From: Octopus bimaculoides | Lineage: Eukaryota | Length of the DNA: 64,000 nt | Assembly: GCF_001194135.2 (NCBI RefSeq) | Contig: NC_068982.1 | Location: 92,189,302 to 92,253,301 of the forward strand | Reading direction: 5' to 3' | Shown: one piece after another, positions 23,921 through 36,400 of the stretch | How the letters are laid out: every line of letters starts with the position of its first letter | Numbering within the stretch: position 1 is the stretch's first letter | Notes under the pieces: generated by a model | Told to the model about the DNA's origin: nothing | Database searches by the model: none | Seen by the model: only the letters and a program-made list of their open reading frames with translations | Position numbers and translations under genes: made by a program

Positions 23921-26454
23921 ATTTATATAATACTTGGGGTTGGTCTTTTTTTTTTTTTTTTGCCAGACCATTCCCAAATACAATAGTGATTGCTTATAAG
24001 CTTTAAGCTTATAAAAGTTTTATTATTTGCAGAATTGTAAAACTCAGCTCCACTTATCAAATCATTGCAGAAAATGCAGATTTGTTTATAAAAACAACAC
24101 TTAGGAAATTATAGTTCTTAAATCTGACAGGAAGAGGTGAGTGGGTATATTGGTGTAATGGTAGCACAATTGTCACAACAACCCACTTTTTTCCATCAAG
24201 GGCTTATCTGCCCCAACACTAGACTATTTTCTTTAGTCAATACATGGTAATTGCTTGTAAGCTTTAAGCTTATAAAAATATAACATCTGTTTTAACACAC
24301 AATTTCACATCAGGAGTCTTAGGAAGCAAATACATGAACATATAGGTACAAGCAGTACTCTAATGAAGTTGGCTTCACAACCACAGGGTTCCTTGTTTAG
24401 TCCTGCAGTATGGCAACCTCAACAAGTGTCTTGTACTATAGGCACAAGTCAACCAGTGCCTTGTGAATGGAAATGGTAGGCTGAAACTAAGAAGAATCTC
24501 ATTGTTGTATGTGAATATCTTTTCACGTGCCTCATTAACACTACATGAATTAAAGAACTGTCTCCTTTTACATTCACCAGTAAACAAATGTAGTTTTAAC
24601 TTTCTAGGAACAAGGACCATTGGAGTGAAAAAATTACTTAGCTTGAAAAACAGTCATAGGCTGGTGCTAGGAAGAGCACCCTACTAGAAAATTTTCATCA
24701 GCAAGTTCTAACTCATGGGAAAATGGACATAAAACTAAATATGTATGTGGTGTGATTTTCAACAAGTAATATGGCACTTGATCAGTTAAATTACATTTTG
24801 CACTGTGGGGTGTGCCCTTCATCCTCTGTCAACTAGAGTTTATGATTTTCAGCATCTTCCATTGGTATTCTTTCCACAATGACAAGCAGCTTTGATGTGA
24901 CCAAGTTATGTCTGGGCTATTGAGCCCACACTGTAACACACTTTCTCCCTCACCATCCAAGCAGCTTATATCCACTCCAATCATTCAGCAACTGTTTGGT
25001 TTCGTTACTCAGAATTTGTATATTTTAAAAACACATTTCAACCAAAGGACTTACTAAGTATGACAAGTCCTATTTATTTAAATGTACACACTACAGCTGT
25101 TCAACTGAAAGTCTTGTCACATTTGACATGACCTTGGGCTGAAATGGTTGTTAGGTCTTTTAAATAAATCTATGAAAGCTCTACCTTTGCTTTTTGCATT
25201 ATATACCTGAAAGCTGTCTACTTCATTTTATTCCCATTAACAAAGAATATAACATACAAATGTATATGCATTACAATGTTTACTTTATAACTTCAGAATT
25301 TTTTTTTTATTTTTTTACTATCATTTTAAATTTCAGTAGCATCTAATTCAAATTATTTCATTTCAGAAGTCACTTTTTTCATTGTTGGTTTATAAATTTT
25401 TCCATTCATTTCTCTCTTACACCTGAGAGACCCAAATCTTTGACTATTTCAGTTCAGATTTATCTCATCCATTATATCCAATTCATCATCGTCTTTTAAC
25501 ACACTGTCCATGCTGACATAGGTTAGATAGTTCCATGGGATCCAATAAGTTGGAGGACCATATAGTGTTCCAGTGTGGTTTCAGCATGGTTTCTGTGGCT
25601 AGATGCTCTTCCTAATGCCAACCACTTTACAGTGTGTGGATACTTTTTTGTGGCACCAGCACTAGTGAAGTTGTCTTCCAACTTCTTTGACTAAAGGGTT
25701 TAAAGAGGCCTCTATATCTGTAGACAAATAGGAGAGAGGAAGTGGGATGATGAGAAAGATGAAATGTTATGAGAGGAGCCTATTTATAGTCATGTGAGTA
25801 ATGACAGTAGTAGAGAGAGTAAGAAAGTAGTTGCTGTTGGGGGAGGCTGTATGGAAGGGAAAGAATTGGTGTCAGTGGTTAGAGGAGCAACACTGGTATG
25901 GTTAATGAAGTGGATTGTATAAAAGGGATCTAGGGCTGTCCCACATAAGGTCAAGTATGGGGAAAAAGGAACATGAAAAAGAAAACCACAGGGTGTTGAG
26001 GATGCAGTGAGGCTTGGGATTTAGACTATAGAGGATGTTGAGGTGCTAGAGAAGCTTCGGGAGAGAATAGAGAAGAGGCAGGGAAAGAATGATGGGAAGC
26101 AAGTGGTGAGACAAGGGATATGAATGATAAGGTAATGATTAAAGTGAGCAGGGAGTTGGCTGGAGGAAGAAAGATGTACACTGGTAGAGTGATGATGGAC
26201 TAATACAGTTGCTTACACATTGGTCTAGTCAAAGATGGGTGACGTAGAATGATGGGGTGGCATGTGAGGCAACCATTCATAGCTGATTGGGAGATAAGAG
26301 ATGGAGGGTAATGAGTGTCAAGGGGTTGAGATGATTAAAATGAATGCAGAGTGAGATGGATCAGGGTGCAAAGGCTGGAAACAAATACAGGTTTTGCAGA
26401 ATACAACTGTTTACATACCCACTCACATATACATGCCCTCAAATACACTGATAT

Positions 26455-28510
26455 ATACATATATCATTAGCATGGGTTGGATGGTTTGACTAGGGCTGGT
26501 AAACTGAGGGGCGGCACCAGACTCCAGTCTGATTTGGCATGGTTTCTATGGCTGGATGCTCTTCCTAATGCCAACCACTCCAAAAGTGTTATGGGTGCTA
26601 GTTATGTGACACCAGCATCAGTTACATTGCCTCCATGAAACCCAGTGCTCGAATGGTGCTTTTTACCTACCACCGGCACAGGCACCTGTTACGTGACACC
26701 AGTATTGGCCACATTGCCTCCATGAGACACCAGCATTGGCGACAACTATGATTTCACTTGACTTGATGGGTCTTCTCAAGCGTTGCATGCTGCCAAAGGT
26801 CTCAGCCACTAGTCATTGCCTCCAAGAGACCTAACGTTCAAAGATCATGTTTCACCACCTCATCCAATGTCTTCCTGGGTCTACCTCTACCACAGGTTCC
26901 CTCCACAGTTAGATATCAGCACTTTATACAGCAGTCCTTATCCATACACATCACATGACCATACCAGTGCAGTCACTCTTGCACACCACACCTGATGCCT
27001 CTTATGCCCAACTTTTCACACAAGACACTTACACTCTGTTGTACATGCACACTGACATTGCACATCCAGCTAAGCATGCTAGCTTCATTTCTTTCAAGCC
27101 TACACATATCCTCAGCAGTCACAACTCATGCTTTACTGCCATGTAGCATAGCTGTTTGTACAGTCATCATACAGTCTGCCTTTTACTCTGAGGGAAAGGC
27201 CCTTTGTTACCAACAGAGGTAGGAGCTCTCTAAACTTGGTTGCCTAAATAATAAAAGCTAACGACTACCTTTAGCTTACCCCACTGGCAGTTGATGGAGT
27301 CTATTTTCTGTATATTTTCAGTGTTTATTGTACCTGTTCACTTTCCACACACAAAAACTATTTTCCCAGTTAATCTTCCTCTGATATTGCTGCACCTCTT
27401 ATGTTTCCATAGCTTGCACTGGGTGCATCTAATGGAGTTTCTACCCACATCTTTCCTACAGATTAAGCAGGCCATCTACCCAAAGGGATTTGTGGTTTGT
27501 CTGCTTTCCTACTTAGTAAGACTCTGATTTTTGCTAGGTTAACTCTAAGGCCCCTTCAATTCCAGACCTTGCTTCCACACCTGAAATTTCTTCTCTAGTT
27601 CTGGTAGTGATTCAGCTATAAGAACAAGGTCATCAGCATAGAGGTGCTCCCAGTGGCAGCCCGTCTTAAATTCCTCTGTTATTGCCTGGAGGACTATGAT
27701 GAACAAGAAGGGACTGAGGACTGATCCTTGGTGAATCCCTTCTTGTACCCTGAATTCATCACTATACTCATTGCCAACCCTCGCCTTACTGACAGCATCT
27801 CTGTACATGGCTTGTACAGCTCTCACCAACCACTCAGCTATCCCTAGTTTCTGCATTGACCACCAGATAAGGGATCAGGGGACCTTGTCAAAGGCTTTCT
27901 CCATGTCAACAAAAGCCAAGTACAAAAATTTATCTTTGGCTAGGTATTTCTCCTGCAGCTGTCTTACCAGAAATATAGCATCAGTAGTGGTTCTCTCTGG
28001 CACAAAACCAAACTGCATCTCATCTAGACTAACTCTCTTATTAATTAGTTGGGCTATGACCTTCTCTGTGACCTGATCTAACAATTTGATACCTTTGTAA
28101 TTATTTCTGTCTAAGGCATCATCTTTACCTTTGTAGCAGTTGACTATGGTGCTGCTACACCAGTCATTGGGTATGATTCCTTCTTGTACCACCTGATTAA
28201 CTATGCAAGTGTCTAGACCATAACCCACACCACTAGATATTTTAAGCATCTCAGCAGTGATTACTGATGGGCCAGGGGCTTTCCTTATCTTCATATTTTT
28301 CATGGTTTGTCTACAATGCTACTGTCTATTCAGATTGCTGGTCCCTCTGCTGGATCAACATTAGGCTGACTCTTCTTCTCCCATGAGTTCTCTACATTTA
28401 GTAGCCTTTCATCATGGCATTCCAAGCCGCTTTCTTTGCAGAGTCTCTAACTGCAAGTGAACCACCATCCATGCAAGCACATTTCTCTCCAATATCACAC
28501 TAATATATAT
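26455..28510 (-). mobile_element. 5'-truncated RTE LINE
   Basis: ORFs 27875..28303 (KAPGPSVITAEMLK...QFGFVPERTTTDAIF...FVDMEKAFDKVP) and 27545..27856 (GIHQGSVLSPFLF...LYADDLVL). The C-terminus and the 3' UTR repeat continue to about 26455. Confidence 0.92.
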
Positions 28511-28676
28511 ACCGGAGTAAGCACATAAAATGTGTAACAAGGTGGAAAAAAGAGCACTCAAATACCAGAGGTAGAGTAATATGCTTTATTTAAAAGCAGC
28601 AGAAATATAACAAAAGACTGTTACTCAGAGTCCAAGTAACAGTCTTTTGTTATATTTCTGCTGCTTTTAAATAAAG

Positions 28677-28721
<45 letters not shown>

Positions 28722-28949
28722 GATTTAAATTGAAGTTACTATTAGTTTCATGCTGTAAAAACATGATGATCTGACAAGCTTGCATAGCATGCCATATATT
28801 TTCCAAGCAATCTTTTTTTGGTTTCAAATATACACTTGTATATTAAATTATATTTATCTCTCACTGAATGGAGAACTTTTTTTTTCATTGATCTCACCAA
28901 TAACAGAACAGTACATTATGTATATATACGTACACACATACACCTCATA

Positions 28950-29130
28950 CATGTAGGCACAGGCATGGCTATATGGTTGAGAAGTTTGCCTTTCAACCAA
29001 ATGGTTTTGAATTCAGTCCAACTACATGGCATTTTGGGCAAGTGTCTTCTACTAAAGCCCCAGGCCAACCAAAGCCTTTGAATGGATTTGGCAGATGGAA
29101 ATTGAAAGAAGCCTGTCACGTGTTTGTGTG
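28950..29130 (+). mobile_element. tRNA-derived SINE copy
   Basis: GTAGGCACAGGCATGGCTATATGGTTGAGAAGTTTGCC...GGGCAAGTGTCTTCTACT. Confidence 0.7.
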
Positions 29131-29369
29131 TATTCGTGTTTCCTTGCATGATAGTTGTAAAATGATTGTCACTGTCATACAAGTGGTGTCTTTCATTTCC
29201 ATTCTTCCGTGTGACCATGTTTGGCCATGGGGAAATATTACCTTGGAAATAGATGAGGATTTGCAACAAGAAGGGCATTCAGCCATAGAAAATCTACAAC
29301 AAATTTCGTTTGACATTACAGCTATAATGATGATACGTAAATACTCACACACAAATTATATATATCATT

Positions 29370-29900
29370 ATCATCATTTAAAGTTTGCCTTTCACACTGG
29401 CATGGGTTGGATGGTTTGACAGGAGTTGGCTGGGCAGAAGACTGCATCATGCTTCAATGTCTGTTTTGGCATGGATTTTTATGACTGGATGCCCTTCCTA
29501 ACACCAACTACCCTGCAGAGTGGATTTAGTGCTTTTTACATGGCACAAGCACAGGCGAGGTCAGTTTTGGCATGGTTTTTACAACTGGATGCCCTTCCAA
29601 ACTCCAACCACTTTACAGTGTGAACTGGATGCTTTTTACATGGCACCAGCACTGGCAGGGTCACCAAGTAACTTGCAAGATAAAAATCCTTTGAGAGGAG
29701 AGAGGGCATTGGAGGAGGTAATCTTGTGCCAGATGAAAGGTTCAAGTGTGACAGAGAGACAGAAACAGGTGTCTTGCTGTAGAGGAATACATAGTTACCT
29801 GGTCAGAGAGAGTGTCAAGAATGAGGATGGAAACAGATGTGTTGCTTTAGAGGAGATACATGGTCACTCAACCAGAGGGAAGAGTGAGAGATAGAGGAAA
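29370..29900 (-). mobile_element. RTE 3' UTR-derived repeat
   Basis: CATCAT...CATGGGTTGGATGGTTTGAC...GGATGCCCTTCCTAA, with an internal tandem duplication of the GGATGCCCTTCC block. Confidence 0.7.
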
Positions 29901-29971
29901 AAATAGAAATGCTGATGATTATGTTCTCTGATAATTCATTGTTACTAATGGTGAATTTAGTTTTTTAATAA

Positions 29972-30011
<40 letters not shown>

Positions 30012-30084
30012 CAAAATGTGCATTGATATGATGATAGGGATAGAGGTTGGAATATCTATATCTGTACTTGTGCATATGTATATA

Positions 30085-31265
30085 CATGGGTCGAACAAAA
30101 TAATGGAAACACCTTAAAATTTCAAGCAAATTTATTTTAATGTGAGGTAGGACCACCCTTGGCAGTAATTATAGCTTAAATTCTACGAGTTATGGACTCG
30201 TACAAAGTTTTAATTGTTTCCAAAGGAATTTTTGTCCATTCTTCAGCTAAAACAGTCTCCAATTCCTGTATTGATGATGGTGGAGGATATTAACTCCTTA
30301 CTTGTTTTTCTAAAATGCACCATAAATATTCAATAATATTGAGATCTAGGGACTGTGGTGGCCAGATATGATGTTCAACTTCACTAGAATGTTCCTCGTG
30401 CCATTCAGTAACAACTTTAGCTGTGTGAATTGGTGCATTATCATCTTGAAAGATTGTGTTTCCCTCTGGAAACAGTTCCGCAACCATAGGATGAATTTGA
30501 TCAGATAAAATGCTTAAATAGTCTTGACTATTAATTCCTGCCATGAAGGGAAACCNNNNNNNNNNNNNNNNNNNNNNNNNNNNNNNNNNNNNNNNNNNNN
30601 NNNNNNNNNNNNNNNNNNNNNNNNNNNNNNNNNNNNNNNNNNNNNNNNNNNNNNNNNNNNNNNNNNNNNNNNNNNNNNNNNNNNNNNNNNNNNNNNNNNN
30701 NNNNNNNNNNNNNNNNNNNNNNNNNNNNNNNNNNNNNNNNNNNNNNNNNNNNNNNNNNNNNNNNNNNNNNNNNNNNNNNNNNNNNNNNNNNNNNNNNNNN
30801 NNNNNNNNNNNNNNNNNNNNNNNNNNNNNNNNNNNNNNNNNNNNNNNNNNNNNNNNNNNNNNNNNNNNNNNNNNNNNNNNNNNNNNNNNNNNNNNNNNNN
30901 NNNNNNNNNNNNNNNNNNNNNNNNNNNNNNNNNNNNNNNNNNNNNNNNNNNNNNNNNNNNNNNNNNNNNNNNNNNNNNNNNNNNNNNNNNNNNNNNNNNN
31001 NNNNNNNNNNNNNNNNNNNNNNNNNNNNNNNNNNNNNNNNNNNNNNNNNNNNNNNNTCTTTGAATGTCCGATAGATCTGTTATTTTAATGAATTTTAATT
31101 ACTTTTTTCTGATGATATCTAAAAAGAAACAGCAATTTTAGCAAAACATATTAAGCAATACTAATAATAAATAAAAAAAATATAAAAATAAACAAGCTTT
31201 TGATAGTTTTATAGATATTTCAAAATTATGATGCTAGGTGTTGCCATTATTTTGTCTAACCCCTG
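30085..31265 (-). mobile_element. Tc1 (DD34E) transposon spanning an assembly gap
   Basis: TIRs CATGGGTCGAACAAAATAATGGAAACACC / GGTGTTGCCATTATTTTGTCTAACCCCTG flanked by TA. ORF 30290..30544 has FQDDNAPIH...WPPQSLDLNIIEYLW. Confidence 0.9.
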
Positions 31266-31489
31266 TATATGTGCATATGTGTGTGTGTGTATATATACAG
31301 ACACACACATATATGCACATGTACAGTTATAGAGATCTCAGCCTCTATCAATGTTATCATATCAATGCACATTTTGCTAAAGATAGTCAGGTTTTATGCA
31401 GCACTGTGTTGCTAATCACTGCATCCTTTTATCCTCTCCTCCATGAGATACACCATCTTCATTGCATGTTTTCTGTGGTTTCCATTTGG

Positions 31490-31870
31490 AGCTCACAATA
31501 CTTTCTTGGTCAGCAATCATCTTCCACATGCATTACATACCATACCAACATGGGCTTTTCTCTGACATTCATGCACACTGATATTACACATTCATCAGAG
31601 CATGCTTGCCTCATTTCTTTCTAGCTTTCACTGGATCTCCACAGTCAAAGCCCATGTCTCACTACCATGAAGCATTGTAATTCAAGCACATATACAATCT
31701 GCCTTTCACACTGAGGGAAAAGGCTTTGTTGCCAGTGCAGGTAATAGCTCCCTAAATTTTTTTCCTACCAGTTCTTAGCAGCAACTATACTTTCAGAACA
31801 TCCACCTCACCTAAGTAACAGAAGTTATCCACTATTAGTGAACTAGCTGGGCATTTAAGTGAATCTATTT
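31490..31870 (-). mobile_element. RTE LINE fragment
   Basis: Similar to 26960-27330 and 51090-51450 (VDNFCYLGE...LFPQCER). Confidence 0.65.
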
Positions 31871-32425
31871 CTAGCATGCTCTGAGTACTTAGTACACAAC
31901 CCTTTCACACATATATACTCTTCGCCTTCTTAAAGAAGCATCCCTAGGAAATAAATTATTTTCTTCTCTACCATGTAACATTAATTCAAAGCTGCTTTTC
32001 GAGTGGTAAATTACTTTGAGTTAGACTTTCACCAAAAATAGCAAGAAAGAAAATATTGAATCATTTAATGTCACAATTAATGTGTGAGGAGTATAGACAT
32101 GTACTATACCAAAGATGTTGGGCATAAGCACCTCCCAATTGTGGTAAGCAAAGTTTATGCAAGGTAAGGGTTTATGAAAATAATTTATATGTTAACCAAC
32201 TTGTATGAACATGATTCAATGGAGGTTAAACTAAACAAGAAGACAGAATAGAAAAATAAAGTAAAAGTATTCAATCACATAAGCTTTAATGCTCCCATCT
32301 TGATAAAACTTTTAAAATGTTAAGTATACAGCTTTTTGTTTATCTCTTTTTGATAGCCAGATGGTTATTCATCAAATTCATATGATATTTTTGTATTTTT
32401 TAGTTTCAGTCACTGGATACGAGCA

Positions 32426-33434
32426 ATGACCACAATTACTGAAAGAAAATTTTTAAAAAATCTTAGTACACCTCCAGGGGACTTACGCTATGAAATTGAA
32501 AGATTATTGACGTTTTTTGAAAATATTCATCCAAAGCTAACATCTGTACAACTCTCTGGAAATGGTTATTATTATGATACTACAGCAGAAAAAATTATGT
32601 GCTATTTCTGTAAAACTGTAGTTAAATTTTCAGATTCCAGTTTCAAACATGACCATTCATGTAGATACAAAGTTGACAGTTTTCCAGTCTATTTATATGA
32701 TGAAACAGATGGTGAAAATGCTGCAGCTTTTAATGTTCAAAACACTGAACGAGAAACTGAGACTGTAGTAACAACTAGTACTGAAAAAGTTATTAATTCA
32801 AATAAAAATGAAATGCTTGATATGCAAAAAAGACTGGATACCTTTAAAAATTGGAACAAAAGCGTGCCAGTAACACCCACAGATCTTGCCAAGAATGGAT
32901 TTTATTACCTAGGTTATGGAGATGCTGTTAAATGTGCATACTGCTCTGTCCAACTGCGCAACTGGAAAGAAAATGATGATGTCCATAAAGAACATACACG
33001 TTTTAGTCCGAAATGTCCAAATTTAGAATCTTTTATGAAAATGGATTTGAAATACGAACTGAATCGGATAAAAAGTTTTGTCAAGTGGACGACATCTTAC
33101 CCATTAAAAGCTAAAGATTTGGCAGCTAATGGTTTCTACCACAAGGGGCCTGCAGATAATGTCTGTTGTATATTTTGCAAATGTGAAATCAATAATTGGA
33201 AAGCCAATGATAATATTAAAGAAAAACACAGGTCAGTTTCACCGAACTGTCCTTTCTTGTGTGAGAAATTGGTAGGTAATGTACCTATACAAGCTCGGAG
33301 TAACATTCTATTTGACCGCCCGATACATCCGAATCTTGCTTTGTTAAGTGAACGCCTTAAAACATTTTCTTCGTGGCCAAAGGATAAAAAACAAAAACCA
33401 GAAGTTTTAGCAGAAGCTGGTTTTTTTCATAATG
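32426..33434 (+). CDS. IAP coding exon 1: degenerate BIR, BIR-B, BIR-C and first half of BIR-D
   Basis: ORF 32426..33448 contains RLDTFKNW...GFYY...CAYC-x16-H-x6-C and RIKSFVKW...GFYH...CIFC-x16-H-x6-C, then RLKTFSSWP...AGFFHNG. Donor AATG|GTAAGT at 33434/33435. A polypyrimidine tract with AG acceptors lies at 32403 and 32409, just upstream of the ATG. Confidence 0.95.
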
Positions 33435-36400
33435 GTAAGTATACATAAAAAATATCATGTTTGAGTCTATGATCTGTTTCTTTTACTCTATTATTTCCAG
33501 TTTCCATGCTAGCATGGTTTCACAATTGAGATTTTTACATGTTTTTTGGAGAAAGCTGGATAAATTTAGGCAAGCAAAGAACATATGCCTCTTTCCTCAA
33601 GGACACGATGTAATGACTAGAAAGGTTTGAGATTATAATCAGATTATTTCTTTTGTATTTAGAATGTCTCTGAATATTAAAACTTACCCTCTATTTACAA
33701 TGATAAAATAAATAGCAAAAATTGATCTGAACAATATGTATAGTGTAATCATATTATCTTCATCTTTTGAGTTTTTATCTATTCTGATGATGTTGTTGTA
33801 TAGTGCCAAATCAATCCTGCTTGAACAGACCAATAATCACAGGTATTCTTTTCAAACATTTTTATCTCTGATACGATGCTTTACATGTCTTTCCAATTTT
33901 GAAAAACAGCAGAGCATAAGTTGAGAGACATTTGATTGCTATCAGGATAGTGGAATTAGATCTGCAACAATTATTTGGGTTGCTGAAGTTGGAGTCATTA
34001 AACTGCAACTCTACATCTGAATAAATGTAAAATGTAATATAATGGACTAGTATTTCCAATTTTATACTCAGACATTAATTTAAAAACAGATATAAGGGCT
34101 TCTATGCAGGAAGAGCTGGTGGAAACAATTCTATTTTTAAGAACAAGGTGTTAGTAAATTTTGAATTTGGATTTTTGATTTTACCATTATTCTACAATGT
34201 TTCTTTAATACATTTTGTGTGGATAAACTTTTCAGTACTTCACAAAATAATTTTATTTAATGTAATCTTTCTTGTTACACTCACTTTGATTATATATTAA
34301 AAAATAATGCTTTAATCTTGATAAGGAAGTGTTATGTATGTAATTGAGCTTTTCTCATTTAAAATGATCGTTTGTTCAGTTGCTTTGGGTGTTAAGTCTT
34401 TTAGTTTCAACTTATGTGCGCTTTAAGTTTTTGTATGGAAAAACAAAGAGGTTCCTGATTTTCTTTTGTAGTATTTTTATAGTTTATTACTTTAATATTC
34501 TTTTAATTCATAGCTTCTGGTAAAAAAAAAAACAGTTTCTTTTTATAAACTCTTTGGAAACAAAGGACACTGTTTGCATGATAGTACATTCATTCACAAC
34601 TGTCACACGATCTCAAGGCAAGGAAACAGTAATGCACTTACATATACAAATATACATACACACACATAACAGGCTTCTTTCAGTGTTTGTCTACCAAATC
34701 CACTTATAAGACCAGGACTGCAGTAGAAGACACTTGTCGAAGGTGCCACATAGTGAGACTGAACTTAGAACCATGTGGTTGAGAAGCAAAAATCTTACCA
34801 CATATTTCATATTTCAAATGATTACATAGTTGCTCCCATGTTGGCTCATATTTTTCTTTTTTTAACTTGGTATTTATAAAACTGGAAACCTCTCCTTAAA
34901 CCAAAAATGCTTTGATAAAGAGAGGTTGCTGTTATTTGACATTGAATAAGCTCAGTCGGTTCATTATCTGCAAAGTAAAAATGTGAAATGTAATTGAATT
35001 GCCACCTAAGTTTGGACATCATTTAATGTCTATGTTCCATGGATTAGATGATTTGACAGAATCTGATAACTCTAAGGACTGTATCATGCTCTAGAGTCTG
35101 CCTTGGTATATTTGTATGGTTTGATGCCCTTATGCTAACTGCTTTACAGTGTGTATTGGGTCCTTTTTTTGTACCACCATCACCAGTGTTTAACCACTTA
35201 ACCTTTTTGTTTAACCCTTTGTCAGATGTATTTCTTATTTATTCACACTGTTGTGAATTAATCATACATTATCTTGCAGAGAATAAAAAGTTTAGAATGG
35301 TACAACAATGCACTATAAAACAAAAAATGGACTATATACCTGTTGTAATTTGGTTATCTATAGTCCGATAACGGACTATATATATATATATCAGATTATA
35401 GATAAGCAAATTACAACAGGTATATAGTTCATTTTTTGTTTCATAATGCATTGTTGTACCATTCTAAACTTTTTATTCTTTACATAGAATACGCAATGCT
35501 TCAAGCGAACTACAATACTCTCCTATTATCTTGCAGCTTCAAGAGGTCAATAGTGTGTTTTTATATATTTTTTGAATGACATTGTAGGGGAGGTGTGAGA
35601 GATTCGGTCTGGTCAGTTAGAACATAAAACAAGTAGAATATCTGGATTAAAGTACAATATGGCTGGATTAAATGCTAAAGGGTTAAAAATTGATAGTAAA
35701 ATTGTATCTACTGGCTCAATTGATGCCAGTTTCTACCTAAGTCCACCCCTACTTAAAACATAGTTGCATTTTGTAGTTGAATTGTTGGTTTTTGGCAAAA
35801 GTCAGTCAGTCATAAATCTGCTTCAAAGTGTTTCTCTCAGGCTGACATTAATAAATGAGTGTTGAATTTTTTTTTTTTTTATTAACCCTTTTGTTATCAC
35901 ATTTCTGTTAAAATACACAGCCTTTATTTCATTTAATTTTGAAAATAATGAAAAATTTTCTAAAATAACTCTGTCATTACTAATCTGGTGTTTAGAACAT
36001 AAATTAGAGTGAAATTTTGATAAAAGGTTCAAATTTTAATCACTTCAAAACAAGAAGTTTGTATCATAGATTCAGAGGCACTTTCAGACAGGTTGATATG
36101 AAAATAGTTAAATGAATATATAAATATTCAATAATCTATTATAGTTGAAATTTTAATCATCATAAATTTTAGTGAAAGTAAAAGAAACACATCTATTTGT
36201 CATGTAAATAGTCTTTGAAGCAGTTATTGTTCACAACTTTTCATGAGATTATATCTTCTTAAAGGAGATAATGAAGAAGTTTAGATTTGTTCATTCAAAC
36301 CCAACATGCAAAATTATAACAATTGTTAATACGAATCTAAGTGCATACTAACTTCACTTCATTCTCTTTATTAATATCATCTTCAAGAAAGATGATGGAT

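Noticed and set aside
25830-26400. Purine-rich stretch as a possible gene
   Set aside because: No sustained ORF on either strand. It is probably a decayed retroelement, but the family could not be supported.
33435-33448. IAP protein ending at ...HNGKYT* (340 aa)
   Set aside because: This is read-through into the intron. BIR-D is completed by exon 36780-36961 in the correct phase.
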